From assembly GCA_009103225.1 (NCBI GenBank), contig RHPI01002048.1:633036-697035 (forward strand): DNA of 64,000 nt, written 5' to 3'. The position numbers were made by a program, and so were the translations under genes. The DNA is from Chlorokybus atmophyticus (lineage: Eukaryota > Plantae > Mesostigma and Chlorokybus algae). Shown here piece after piece: positions 13,451 through 27,314 of this stretch (position 1 is its first letter; every line of letters starts with the position of its first letter). The notes under the pieces are model-generated. The model was given only the letters and a program-made list of their open reading frames with translations, made no database searches and was not told where the DNA came from.

Positions 13451-14029
13451 TAGTGTGCCCTCACTAAGTAGTAACACTACCATTCACAAGTGTGCCCTTA
13501 CTATTTGGCCCTTGGGAGTAGTCGCACCATCTCAATTCAGCTGCTGCACCTGCCACCATCAACCCATTGCAAAGCCAATGGGGTTCGCCTTTGAGTGTCT
13601 GCAGCTAAGGCGCTGATCTGAGTACCGGTTGTAGTGTGGCCACAATACATCAACCATAGCTCACAATCTGACCCACCAGCACGACACTGACCAAGCCTAC
13701 CATTGGCGAACAAAACACACCCGGTATATAGACATGTGTGGTACTCTGTATTCTATAGTCCATGATGAAGGCGCAAAACAACTTAGCAAGCTTGAGGCTT
13801 GCTTCTTAGCAATTATGCACAGAACTGCGAACAACAGAATTGTCTCTGCAGCAGAGGATATAAAACTACCACATGGCACAAGAATGGCATCAAACCAAAT
13901 ACACAACAAAACTAAATCTAGCATCTAACCAGAAGAATACAATAGTAAGTAAGGGGAAGGTATGGGACACCGTGATGGCAATATGCGCGCAATGGTGGCA
14001 TGATGCGAAGCCGTAGAAACTGCCTCCCG

Positions 14030-16133
14030 TCACCTTTCAGCGGGCTGCAAAACCTTCACCAGAGCTGCATCCATGGTAGTCAGTTGGATGTGCAGGTCCG
14101 ACAGCACTCGATCTACGGACATCGATATGTCTGGCGGGCTTTTCACCGCCCTGTTTATCTGTCCGCCGCAAAAAGAATACCAAGCAAGGTGTGATTTTCA
14201 TTCATGGTTCACAGGGCGTATATGGGAAAGTTGTTCACATGAAAACGTCATCATACATGACAAGAACACACTTACGCTTGCAGCGGACGCCGGTTTGACC
14301 AATGCAAGATCATATCCTCGGATCTGGGCGACCTTGCGCGCAAACTCTAATCTAGACAGGCGTTCAGGACCGCCCATGTTGTACAACCTCCGTTTAAAGA
14401 ATGGTTCTGTAAACAGCACCCAAAAAATCATCGAAATGCATGGATAAGAACAGGAGATAAGCAATTGACCTCATCAGCAACACTCCACCTACCTGACTTG
14501 CAGTTTGCGAGCAGCACGAGAATGATGGCAATAATGTCATCTACGAACACGAAATTGCGAAACTCATCCTCAAAAAAGGTGGTCTCCTGGCCTTTTGCGA
14601 GCGTCTCATCAATCCACTGCCAAGTCAATGAGTCTTAACATCTTGCAATGACTTGGCAGCTACACAAGAAGAATAAAAGACAAAAGAACAACACAGAAAA
14701 AGACACCTTCGCAAGTCACCTCCGAACCTGCACAAAAAGTCCCCTTGACACCGGCATCAGCGGTGGCTCGGGTCCAATGATGAGACTGCTTCTTAGTATG
14801 ACGTGACGCGGCCAAGCTTTCTGAATAAAGTCTTCAGCCGCGAGCTTCGTGACGCCATACTCGTTAACAGGCTTGCATTCATCATCCTCAGAGTAATGCG
14901 CCTTGACTCCCTCGTAGACTGCACAACACGTAATGCAACTGTCACATCCTCGACTTGTGTGTTTGTGTTATAAGCAAGTCGGTGACTTGAAATGAATCAT
15001 ATACACATGGAAGTACCAGCAACTTCCGCTTGACACGCACCTTGGTCGGTTGATATGTGTATGAGAAGCGGTTGCACGGCGCTGCTCACTGTTTGAAGCT
15101 GCTTTACCAATGCCATGGGCACATTGATTGCTTGGGCGGCGGCAGGGTCTTTCGCACAGGCTGCAGGTTGAGAAATGGCCGCGCAGTTTATCACCACGTC
15201 CGGCTGCCGCATCAAACATAGGGCTTACACTATTGCATAGGGTTTTACACACACACTCCATGACATTGACGTGTGCACATGCAGCTGAGCACACTTCATG
15301 CTTCCCAACCTGCTTCCATTGTCAAAGTGAGAACATGAAGTTTTGCCAAACCCATGCCATTTGAACTGATGAATGTCACATGCAGCCGACAGCTCCAACA
15401 CTGCACGCTGCAATGCGCACAACACCATGATAAGATGTTGAACTTGGCTAACAACAGACATGCTACAAGTGAAAGCCAGCAACGATAGACTCTACGTGAC
15501 ATTTAACTACGAGCAAGGGCAGCACTGTGCATTGCGTCCTGCATGCACATGGACTGCCATAGTTGCAAACATAGAATGCTGAAACCCATTGGGGTACGTC
15601 AGCCCAGTTTTTGGGCTGACGTACCCCAATGGGTTTCAGTTCTGGGCTAGACACGCTCATGCCCAATGAACTCGCCTTGTGCAACAATGTTGGTCATCCT
15701 TATGTTTTCACATTGTGGCATACCACTAGCAACCACTGGCAGACCCCTAGTGCAGTGTCTACTTGCTGCAATTTTATGCTTCAACTTGCAGCAATGAGCA
15801 GCGTCCATCTCATAAACGGCGTTTCAGTTGCCCAATGTGTCATTGTGTCATGCCGCTGTGAGCATGTGTGTGTAGGTGTTTGTGCAGGCTGCTTCTTGCT
15901 CGGTTGCTTACTGTTCCGCCAAGGGCAAGGAAGCAGTCCTGGAGGCCGTCGCCCGTGGCGAGGTCAACCTTGTGGGCGGAGGCGCGGGGGGGCAGGGGGG
16001 AGGCAGCGCCGGGAGGATTGGCGTGGTATGTGAGAGCTATGCGCCCCACCGCCGCCGCCGACTCCGCCAGCCTCACCACCAGGAACTGCCCCAGATAGCC
16101 CGAACCCCCCGTCACCAGCACCTTCAGCCCCAT
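14030..16133 (-). CDS. RmlD/dTDP-4-dehydrorhamnose reductase-like (MAT2B-like) NAD(P)-binding SDR
   Basis: MGLKVLVTGGSGYLGQ (GxxGxxG), PDVVINCAAISQP, LIHISTDQVYEG, VNEYGVTK (YxxxK), FEDEFRNFVFVDD, LYNMGGPERLSR, SPADISM. Confidence 0.88.
15579..15639. repeat. Perfect 28-bp-arm inverted repeat in an intron
   Basis: ctgaaacccattggggtacgtcagccca-gtttt-tgggctgacgtaccccaatgggtttcag. Confidence 0.9.
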
Positions 16134-16632
16134 GGCTGACCTCAACAACCACACCAGCGATCACCACAACGACGACAAATACCGCTCCCTCCAACGCCAG
16201 CACCAAGTCCTACACCGGCAGCTACATCGCCGCCTTGAGCACTGCCGCCGCCGACAACAACCACTGCAGTGACCGCAGGCATGTCTGCGTGACCGCTTAG
16301 GTTGCTGCTGCGGCGGCGGAGGCGGAGGCGGAGGTGGAGCTTGCGAGCACTTGCTTGATTGTGCGTGCACGGCTGGCTTGGCTGATCGGTGCTGTTGCTA
16401 AACTTGCAATTTCCTGTTGTCGTGGTGTTGTTTGTTCTCTCTGGTTTGGGCGGGAAGGCCAACAAATGCATTACAGTGTAGCTAGTTTGCATGCTTGGCT
16501 GAGCAAAAGAACATTATTGCCTTCTGCCAATGCCTTGTTGGCAACTGGCAAATCTGCCACCGCTAAGGCATAATGAAGCTTGGCAACAGTAGCTGAGGCG
16601 TGCTTGAGGCTTAGCTTAGGCAAGCTATAGAG

Positions 16633-19600
16633 ATGAGTGCTGGGCTGGAGGCCTCCCTTTGGTGGCCGCCGCACAGGCTGCTGTATGAGACGCTGGAGCG
16701 GGCGGACCTTGGCCAGTGCCCTGCAGATGAACTGGTAACTAGCTTGCCGGATTGCATTGAAGCCTTCATCTCTCGTTCATGTTGCAAGGTGGCCTTTGCC
16801 CCCTTCCTTGCGTTCCAGCTGTTCAGTGTGCAGAAGTGTCTTGTATTTGAGGCATGCTAATGCCAATTGTGCATTTGCATGTGCATATGCATTGAGCGCA
16901 TACAGAACAAGCAGGCGCTGATCAGTGCATTAAGCACTACGCGAGTGCTTGTTTTGCTCTTGTATCATGCGCACGTGGACATGCACGAACCACTTCCACC
17001 AGCAATGAAGCTATACGTTCTTGCAATGCTTACATTACACTACCAGGCCGAGCGGTTGAAGCAGCACGAGGAATGGCTTCTGCGCACGCTGAGCATGTTT
17101 CGGTCGCCCAGCGCGACCTCCAAGGCCGCCCTGTCGCAGTCGAGCATCAGCCTTGGGAGCCACACAATTTCCGTGCAACCAAAGTTGCGGGACATTGCGC
17201 TGCGCGTCTCTGCTGTGTTGGTGCGTTCCATCCACCATGGCATACACCTATGCGTTCGCAGTGCATTTTGCTGTTAATGTTGCCTGAGTTATGGTTGCTT
17301 ATTGTGACCAGTATCGTAGCGATATAGTGAATTCTTATGGTCTGTCTGCCCTCAACAAGGGAAGCTGCATGTGATCTTACACGTGGATTGTCGCAAGTGT
17401 AGGCAGCTGGCGTTGTACAAAAACATATACACGAAACTAACAGATGCAGTGTGTATAGAATCTGGATGAGGTGCAGTCGTACATACTACTGGAGCGTTTT
17501 GTAGAGGAGCAGAAACTGGATGCGCGCTCTCTCGATGCCCCAGACCTGGGCTTGTTTGTGAAGGTGCGTTTGCTTGCTAAGCTGCAATGTCACCATCTTT
17601 CAATCTGTTTCCGCTTGCTCTTCCACAGATAGTGGTGTATCATTTTACTGAGCGTGCGCGGTTGCTGAACTGCCTGCACACGCTCTTACGCATCTGTGAA
17701 GGTGAGTGATTCGTACACATAACTGCGATCTCATTTTACACATTGCCCTGTCACTGAAAGCCGCATGTTTGCCTTTCAATGCACAGCTCGCGAGGAGACA
17801 CAGCCTTACTTCAAGGCAGCATGCGACTGCGTAGAGAGGTTGATAACCAAAGGGCTGGAAGACCAGTTGTGCACCCAGTTGAGGAACATATTCCAGTCAC
17901 CAGTGGATGTGTCGGTATGCACCAAGTTCATTCGCAGCATGTGTGGCTTGGTTCTTGCACTGCGGCTTTGACCCAACACCGGTGTATGTAACTTGCAGCT
18001 GCCAGGAACAGAAATAGCGTGTGAAGAGCAGTCTATGCTGGAGCAGTCGCTGCTGTTGGAGATCCTTGCGTTGCTGTATTATAGGAGAGTCCAATGTAGT
18101 GGTGCCCGCTTCCAGGACCTGGCAAAGACCTTAGAGGCAAGCTGAGGTCAATTTATTGCATCAGTGTCATGCTTTGCGTTTGCTGGCATAATGCTGAATG
18201 TGGCAAATGTTACCAGGAATATGTTCTTTCCAAGCACATAGAGCTGCAGACCAGCATGCGCCGCAGGGCTACTGAGCCATCACTTAGTTCGGTCCAAGCC
18301 TTGTCTGTGATTCTCCTGGTGGAGGTGCTTGACTTGGATCGGCTACTCGACATGGTGCGCCAAGGAAGCTTGCTGCGGTGCGTGGTAACTATGGGGTATT
18401 CTCGACTTTGACTGTATGATTCTAAGGGAGAGTGGTAATGTGCAGAGATGGGGAGCACCCTTTCACATCTGACGATGTTATCAAGATTGATGAGCTATTC
18501 TCCTCATGGAGTGTGACGCCTGCGCTGGCACCCGTGCTTCTGGCTTGGGCGGTGTTCCTCAGTTTGGCATCTAGTCTACAACCACCTCCTTCTGTTGCCC
18601 AAATGGTATGCAGGCATAGCAAGAAACGCTCATGGCTTTGGCAGCAACAAGCTGCGTGCGTACAGCAGCGCATGCTGTGGTGGATATGCAGTAGTGTTCA
18701 TTGTGTGCTGCGTTACGCAACACGATGTTGTGCTTTTCAGGCCGGAAGGCATCGCCAATATGTCGCTGTTGCATACAGTGCTGGCGCTTTCACATTCCTG
18801 GCAAACGTGCTACAGATGGATATGCTGCATTCCAATGAGGTAGGAGCCTGCGTGTTGCTGCGCATTGCAATTTGCTCTGCGCATGAGGCGCGTGTTGCAG
18901 AAGCTGCTTTCTTGTTGTGGAGCATGAGTGCTGAAAAGCGTAACTTCGCTGCTCTGTGAGTTGTCAAGTTTGTTGGCATTGTTTTGTTGGCATTACAAGT
19001 TCTGAGTATCTCGGTGGGGTGTTGTCAGCCGCATGTAACAGGGTACAAGAGCATACTGAAGAATCTGTTGTCTTCCTTCTTTGCCGCATACGATGTTGGA
19101 ACACAGCAAGTAAGCGACAGCTGCATGCGAGCATGCACAAAGTTTAGTTTGTCTAGCTTATGACATGTGCTCTTGTTGTTTAAAGATAAACACGCGTGCC
19201 ATTGCAGTTGGGAAAGGAAGATCTTGAGACTTTTACAGTCATTTTGTCTGAGGTCTTCCAAGGACAGGTGGGCATGAAACCGTGACATACGCTTTGCTGT
19301 TGTGCCTTGCCCCTGCAGTTGGCTATGGTGCTCATTGAGACTTGTGTTTGCAGCAAGAGCTTTGTAGTCAGTTTTGGAATGATGACGACGACTTTGACAT
19401 TCCCTTGCGACGCTTTTTGGATGTGCTGCGGGCCTTGTTTCCTTACCAGCTGCTGCCTCTGATGCGGGTGCTATCTGCACTCAGCGAAGGCAGCTTCTCA
19501 GCACAGCACGTTGTAAACTACTTACAGAGGACACCTACCCTGACCTGGCAGCATTCTGTGTCTGACAGGTCTGTTGAGGTTAGTTGTGTTCCGCTTTGCT

Positions 19601-22600
19601 AGTTTGCCACAAGTTTGTCCGCATGCTTTTTGGCCTGTTCCCAACAAAGATACACTTCACATCGCCAAACTGATCCCACACGTCAAGGGTGGCCTTTTTT
19701 GTGGTTACATCAGGATCTCGAGTTGTTGTTCTTTGGTAGGTGCACGACAGTGGTCGAGTGCATGCGAAGCAAGACATCCTGGCTATTATGCGCATCCCAG
19801 CAGGCACGACGGGTGAAGTGCTGGAGTCCCCACTGGTTGACGATGGCAGCGTGCTTGTGCGTTGGCAGTTCCCGTACAACGCGCTGCAGCTGCTGTGCCA
19901 ATGGTTGTCCTCGACTATACAACTGATATCTGATCCACGTACTCCTCGCGCAACTCGGCATCAGCTGCTAGCTGCAGTGCAAGTTGTTTTAGAGCTGCAT
20001 GTCATGCTACTTGCAGCAGGTCAGGCATGTGTTGACATCATCTTCAACCTTGTCACAACGTTGTGCCAATATACCAACAAGATCAATGCCTCTTTGCGCA
20101 GACAAACATATCCTCACATGGTTCTGCAGCTGCCAGCCAGACATTTTCAGTGTGGCCATAGAATTGTTGCAAGCTCTTACAGAGTTGCAAGCACCTCCTC
20201 CTGCGATTGTCGGGCTTTGCATCGCTCTTGCCAAAGCTCAAGCCAGGTTGGACTGCTGTCTGATTGGCCAACAACGACACATCAGTGCATGTTGCTCTCT
20301 AACTTTTCTTTCAACCATTTGCAGGCGACATGCACGCAGTGTCATCCAGCAACTGGAGATTCTTATGCCGAGATTGATGTCACGAGCCGAGCACATGCTG
20401 CTGGGTGCGACATCCAACCATGCTGCCGCGATTGCTTTCTTGGAGTTGACTTGTTTCCTGTTGTCGCGGGGCGGGTATTGTGCTCTGGTTGTGCGTGAGA
20501 TGGCGCAGTTCGCAGTAGAAATGGTGTTTCCCGAGCACGCTGCCTGGCCATATGCTAATCCTGCTGAGCGCTGGCAAATAACGGCTCTCTGCTTGCAAGT
20601 GAGAGAACAAGTGTTCTTGCATGCTGCGTTTGGCAGGAGTTTTCTGTTGGGAAGCTGCATGGTTGGGGCTACACTTAGATTTCTTTACGCTGCAGCCTGA
20701 GGCAGGGCTGTTGAGTAATACCTTTCTCTTTTGCAGATTATGCGCCTTGGTGCTGATACATCATTACCTTACGCTACCAGCACGCTTAAGGACGCCATTC
20801 TGGACGTTGTTCTGTATCACGGACCAGTAATTGCTGCATTTCTACAAGTCATTACCATTGACTGGGCTACTTTACATGACAGGTTGGAATACAGGTATGC
20901 AGCTGCGAAGTTGTTTGCTATCACAGTACTGTGCAGAGTGAAAGCAAACCAGAAACCTGCTCACTTGTCACACATTATCTGTTGCTCAGTGGTCTTCACC
21001 AAGCAGAGTTTTTGTGTATGGAGCGAGCAATTGCGCATGCGCTTGCCACCCTGCAAGTGTTGCTCTTGCAAGCCTTTCGACACGACAAGCATATGTCCGC
21101 TCCAACACCCTTAGAGCAGGCCATCTTTACACACAAGTCATCATCTAAGGCTGCAATGACAGCTGTAGCTGCGGTTGCGTCTTATGTTGGCAACAGTCAC
21201 AGCATGGATCTGCCTGTTCTGGCTGCCAAAGCGCTTGCTAGCATCACTATGTCGGCAACAAAGTTCCGTCCCAGCCCTATCCCAATTCCGGCTTACTTGA
21301 GCAACAGTCACGTCCTGCTCGAGGCCTTCACGCTGTACGCAAAGCAGCCGCAGCTATTGCATCCCGATGCGCTTCTGCAAGAGTTGTTGGACCTCGCTGT
21401 TGTGGCCGCTGAGTGGCAGCCCATGTTTGCCAACTGGCTGATGTCACCCAGAGACAAGGATGGCAAGCTGATGCCTGCAAAACAATCGGACACTACCCAG
21501 CGTAGTGGTTTGCTGGACCTTGTGAGGATTGTGCTTGACAGCAGTGCGACTCTCTTCCGCGAGCAACCACGCGTGCTATCGAGGGTGTCTTCGCTGCTGC
21601 ATGCTGCTTGGCAGCCGGACTGCGTGGAGGCTCTGAACGCGCTGAAAGCAGATGAGTGCTTCTGGGAGAAGTTGGGAGCCTGTCTGTACATACCAACAGC
21701 GGATCCGGCATCGGACAGCACGGCCTGCGCTTGGCAAACAGCGGCTCAGGCCTCAGTGCTGTCCATCTGCGCCCTGGAATTGTTTTCGGCATCCTTGTCT
21801 GCAGTTCAGTCTGACAAGAAGCCAGACTGTCATAAGGGCCCAGGACAGCTTTTGCTCGACTGGAACAAGCGAGCTCAAACACCGGCAACGCACGCCATAA
21901 GCAAATGCTTCGAATTCGCGTATGATCCGGATGCTGTCCAACATTTGAATGTGGAGACAGCAGCTTTTGTTCTGCATGTTGCTGCGCAGGTGCAATTGAA
22001 CTGATGGTGTACAGCTCTTGATGCATAAAGCAAACCAAATATTCGGAGATGTTCAAAGCAACCTCCCCATGTGATTTTCTGCAGGAGGTGTGCGAGGACA
22101 GGGACGATGGTGTGCCATTGGATGTGAGCCAAGCTGCTAAGCAAGTTGTGGAAGAATCTGTTTTGCAGCATCCGTCATGGCTGTCAACCGCATCGGAGCT
22201 AGCTGCCAGACACGCAGGAAGGGAATCCCTGTCCCAAAGCGCCGCCCTGGAGCTGTTGGCGCAGCAGCTGGCGAACGACTCTGTTGCGGTTGTGGCGCAA
22301 CCAGTTGTCAACTCGCTGCTAAGCAGAAACGTTCATGACATGGTGTTGGCACGTGTCCGTCGAGGTGCGCGTGTCACTAGTGTAGAATGGATGCAGCTGA
22401 GCCATACTGGACAGAAGAATTCGTGATGCAGTGGCTTGTCTGCATTTGCTGTGAATTGTGTTGTCCAGCATGGCATGCATGGCACGTGACTGATTGCTTT
22501 CGTTTATGGCTTCGCAGTGTTGGAGGAGTTTGGTGACTCCTACCTGTACGACGCGCGCTGGTTGGCAGAAGCTGGTGTGTGGGACAGGAGTGCAGAGCAT

Positions 22601-25569
22601 GTTGATGCTGCAACCAGGGTGAATCACATGCTGTCAGTGGCGGCTGCACAGGTGCAGCTGCTGGAGGCTTGGGGCACAGTGCTGACCCCTGCCGTGTACA
22701 GCCTTCGGTATGAGGTAAGCATAGCACTTGCATGCCATGGGTTCCTTGCACTATGCATACGTGTGCATGCACTTCTTGGAACAACTCTGTGTTGCTCACT
22801 CTTGTTGACAAAAGCTAGTGCAAGCAGCTGACATTGGTTGTCGTGCAAGGTGTGGTGCCCACCATTGCTAGATACATGGACGGCAGAGGATGCAGTGGAA
22901 CTTCTCAACCAGTCAACCACGCACCTTGCACGAACTCTGGTGCTGACCGCAGCCTGCCCATCCGCGTACGCAACTACCTATCTTGAGCATGCCAGCTTTC
23001 TTCAGCTCGTGCTAGCGAACCTTTGGTTGGTCCTGCCGGGAGCCACATTGCCGTCCACACATGCTTCATATGTCCTCAACCTGCTTCGTGCAACTTCCGC
23101 CTGCCTTCATTCGCTTTCTGGTGGGTGTTGACAGAGTTTTCTTTACCTATTACCAAAGTCTACAACAGCACGCACATTGCTCAAGATTTTTCGTTGTGCG
23201 TGCTTCATGTCAGTCAGTCGCGCAAGTGTACGCATTGTACATGTTGTGCATGTAGTCCAACTTAAACCATGCCTAACTTGCATTCTCGCTGCCAGTTGGT
23301 GCTGCGGCGTCTTTGCCTTCATCCGTGGAGACAAGCGCTCCACTGTTGCATCTGCTCATGCTGCTGCTGCGCCACGCCGAGCAGTCGAGTTGGCAGGAAG
23401 ACATATCCTTTGTCGCTGGGTTCATGCAGCTCGCGTTCGACCTCATACCTATCCTGTGCAACTGCATTCGCCACGAGAAACTGACCGAAATTGCGCTTGC
23501 TTGCCTTTCACATCTCATGGAATGCTATGCCGACGCCGCCATACTTGGCTTGGAGGCTGTGGCAGAGCTCGCCGAGGCCATCTTTCATCACTTCAATGTG
23601 GAAGAGCTTTTCTCAAAGATACAACCCGCTTCTGACCAAATTTACATCAAAGCTCTCCTCTCATGGTGCCTGTCTATCGCGCGCTTCCCAACAGCTGCGG
23701 TCTCCTTAGAGTCACAGGTAAGCTCAGTGACAGTGAGACTATCAGCAGTAGGCATCAGTGTGTGTATTCCACACTGATGCGCACCGCTGATAGTCTCGTT
23801 GTCACTGTTACCTGCCTTCTTGTCCATTCAGACAGAATGCGTGCAACATGCATTGCTGACTCACATAGCATGTTGTCAGGGTTTCACTCGCCATGCAACC
23901 ACACTTGGCAAAGCAATTTTGCAGTTGGAGTCCGCGTCACCAGCAAGAGACAGCCTGGAGGAGACCAGACGGACACGTGAAGTGCAAAGAAACTGGTGCA
24001 CGCTGCTGTCCACACTGTCCGAAGTGGTCCGGGCACTGGGGGACGACAGTCTCGAAATGGACCCTGTGTTCACGTTTTTGGAGATTTTTCAGGACCGCAT
24101 GCTCGCAGCATTGCACCCTCCCGCTGCGCACCCTATGCAGCAATTCACCATGCGTCCCTTACTGGTTCAGCTGGTACATAATTCATACACTGGACGATGC
24201 TTCCACTTCAAGTTGTACTTGTAAGGGGAATTGCCAGATTGTGAACTTGTATGTGAACAGGCGCAGCCACTGCGTCTCACGTTGGGCTTTTTGGTCGAGG
24301 CGGAGAGGACGCTGTTCATGTTGTGCCAGCTGGTGCCGCACTTGTCTCAATGGCAGTTCAACCTCCCGCGCTCGCGGCCGCTGTACCAGCAGGCTGTCGT
24401 GCACTTGGTCGCGCTCGTTGCGAGGCCCCCGCACCATCTGCACGTGCAGGCCGTTACGCCGGAGGAGCGCGCGGCGACGCAGCGTGAGAGCTTCGGACTC
24501 AGCGCTCACGGCTGGTTTGAGTATGCCGCGCGCGCCAGCGCCACTGATCTCAAGCCTTCTTCTTCAAATGTTGCAACAACCGCATCATCCGGCGACAGAC
24601 AGCTGGCGCTGCGCACGCCACCGCCCTCGAGCCGGGACTCGCGAGGGAAACCATCTGCCTTCTCTGATCGAGCAGCTGTGAGAGTGTACAGGTAGGCCCC
24701 TACGACGCGTGGGATGCACCAATTCACTCACTGGATGGCAACATGGGGGCTGCGCGCGTGCGTGGTTGCGTGACCACTTCCTTGTGCGCAGCTGTACCGA
24801 GAAGGCGATGAGGTATCTTGTGGCATCGTGCATGCATGAAGTGGACGAGTGGATGGATGCAGCGGCGCCGTTGGTGGAGTCCTTCGCTGGGCTTGAGTTG
24901 CCTTCACTTGAAGTGCTATCTGCTTTGCAAGAGCAGGTGAGCTCTCCTGCCAGCTTTCACGCTGACCGGCTTTTGCATGCATGCCACCGATTGTTACTGA
25001 ACTGCGGTATACGCATTGTGTCAGGTATTGACGGTTCTTGCGGACGTTTGCATTGCATCCCCTCCGACAAAAGATCAGTTGCCTCTCGATGAGCTTCGTG
25101 AACAAATCATAAGCATCGTGCGGGACAGCTTGTATTTGCAAGTAAGTTAATGCGTGAAGCTGTTTGCCGGCTGCACCACATCATCCACCCCAACGCATTT
25201 ATGAATTTATGAATTCTCATGTCTCATGTCTGTTTCGAGTAATGCTTGTTCGCCTATCAAAGCCTGACATTTGTGTGCAGCTTTGCGTTGGGCGTGTGCG
25301 CGGGTTGTGGCCTTCACAGTTGCATACGAGCACCTTCCAGAGCGCTTTTCACAAGGCATTATCAGGTGCGTGCGCTCAGCAAGCACTGCTTGTTGGCTGC
25401 AATAACATGTTGTGTTTGGTGCTTGGGTTGCTTTCTGACGTTGGTACTTATTGGATTACTTGCATTGTCTGCAGCCATGCAACAGCGGCCGCAATTGCAA
25501 GAGCAGGCGCAGGAGTTGAAAGCGATGGCAAATGCACTGTTTATGAACTTGACTCGGACGCTGTTGTAA
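16633..25569 (+). CDS. NUP188: Nuclear pore scaffold nucleoporin Nup188
   Basis: Large multi-exon helical protein. EQSLLLEILALLYY, FWNDDDDFDIPLRRFLDVLRALFPYQLLPLMRVLSALS and VFPEHAAWPYANPAERWQITALCL parallel recalled Nup188 motifs (FW...FPH...PLL.LL.AL; Y..WRY....R..IG). Stop TAA 25567-25569. Confidence 0.8.
23725..23807. repeat. Imperfect 38-bp-arm intronic hairpin
   Basis: Arms 23725-23762 and 23770-23807 match at 33/38 positions; two of the five mismatches are G-U wobbles on the sense strand. Confidence 0.8.
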
Positions 25570-25901
25570 GTGATTGTGTAATATGCTCTGCGCGCCTGCT
25601 GCATGGCGTGCTGTGCGTCATCCACAACCGTATTGCCATTTTGCATTGTAGTCTTAGACTGCAATCAATTTATAAGCCCAGAAGTGTATACACAAGCCAT
25701 CAACAAACATCAACATAGCGGTATTGATTGTTTGTATACCTTACTACTGGTGCACTTGTACTGCAACTCTCTGTGCACGTGTAAAATGAATAGCTGCTCA
25801 TGTGCTGTTCTCACATTGCACTTGCATTCAGTCTACAACCTTCCACAACCCTACAGTAGTGGTTGTCTTTCGCCGACAACCTTACCCTCATGTTACTCAC
25901 C

Positions 25902-27314
25902 CTACTGGGGTCTAGTAGAAGCCAACTCGCATTGGACCGAACGCACTCCGCGTCTGCTTGGGGAGGACGTTGTCGCCAACAGCTGCCCGTTTGTATTCAT
26001 TGCACGCGCTGTGGCTTGGCCTCCGACAAAGCCGGGGAGCTCAAACCTGCCCACCACACTCGCCGTGTCCCAGTCATCCTTCGACTCCAGCGATACAACC
26101 TGAGGTGAGACGTCACATGTGTTGTGGACACAGTTGGACACATATCCACATGTAAGCAGAGTAGACGACAAAGTGCGTAGTGTACATGGCCTGGAGACTG
26201 TATGACTATCTGCCGGCCATCCGCAAAGCCGTCTGGTCCTTGAAGCAGTGGCGTGACGTCAACATTGGTGACGCGCTTGTCGCGAATGTAAATCTGCAAG
26301 CAAAAGAGAAAAGCCCTCAGCACTTGAGCATCACACAACATAAGCTCACCTTGTAGGCAGAGCTGGTGGCGAAGTTGGTTGCAATGATGTGGCCATTGTA
26401 ATGCTCGATGCCGTTGATGCCGAATGGGTTTGCGGGGAGTCCCAGCAGTATGTCGGGGTTATTGAGGAAGACCTCAGCGGCTTTGCCGTCCTTGCCCACG
26501 CGCCAGTTGAGGCCCGCGGTGTCCGTGACGTACGCGCTGCCGTCGGGGACCACCACGACATCGTTGGCAGCGTGAGGACGCAGTGACTGCGTCTCGGTGA
26601 GAGTTGTACGCAAGTCTATGGACCACAAGAAGTCACGAGTCTTTAAGTCGAAGGCAGCTAGGCCGGTGTAAGTGCCAGGCCGGTGTAAGTGCCAGGCTTC
26701 AACACGAAGTCCAACTGCATGGACAGATGAGAGTGTGCGTGCATGCGTGCGTGCAACATCAAGCCCTTGTGTTTGTTTTGTGGTGAACAGAGCACACCGT
26801 GTGCACTTACGCCTGAGGTGGTGTCGGCGGTGGTGACTGTGAGGCTGCTGTGGTATCTGTCCAGCTCGATGCCAAAGCTGCCTGTCGCGCCCGCATGCAC
26901 AAGAGCGCGCGGGAAGCACGCCCACACCTTGACGCGACACGACCGCGGGTTCACCTGATGGTTCGACCACACATGCATCAATGAAGGCTGGGTTGAGTAC
27001 ACACAATAAAACCTTTGCATGGTTGACTGAGCACACCGTGCTGAAACTCAGCAAACCATTAATGAAACCAACAAACTAACAACAACAACAACAACAACAC
27101 TCGCATGTCTATGCCTGGTAGATAGCTGGTGTGCGTATGGACGACACGAGCCATCGGCGTCTGCGAGTCCGTCCCACTCGACGGACCTGGGATACAGGCG
27201 GGGGAAGGTGAGGGGCAGCTGGCGAGCGGGAGCGGTCTGGTTGTGGCAGCAGGAGGCGGAGGCTGGGACTGAGCAGAACGCTAGCAACGACAACAGCGAC
27301 ATGCACAGCAACAT
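25902..27314 (-). pseudogene. Secreted SMP-30/gluconolactonase-like (calcium-dependent phosphotriesterase superfamily) beta-propeller gene with two frameshifts
   Basis: Signal peptide MLLCMSLLSLLAFCSVPASA, LYPRSVEWD, then a frame change to TRRRRWLVSSI; GSFGIELD; a 17-bp tandem duplication at about 26661-26697 breaks LKPGTYTGLAAFDLK; AANDVVVVPDGSAYVTDT, FGINGIEHYNGHII, GPDG, VVSLESKDDWDTASVV. Confidence 0.7.

Noticed and set aside
21308-22311. Long antisense ORFs over Nup188 exons (similar ones over gag/pol and DOCK)
   Set aside because: Shadow frames of GC-rich coding exons with no motifs.
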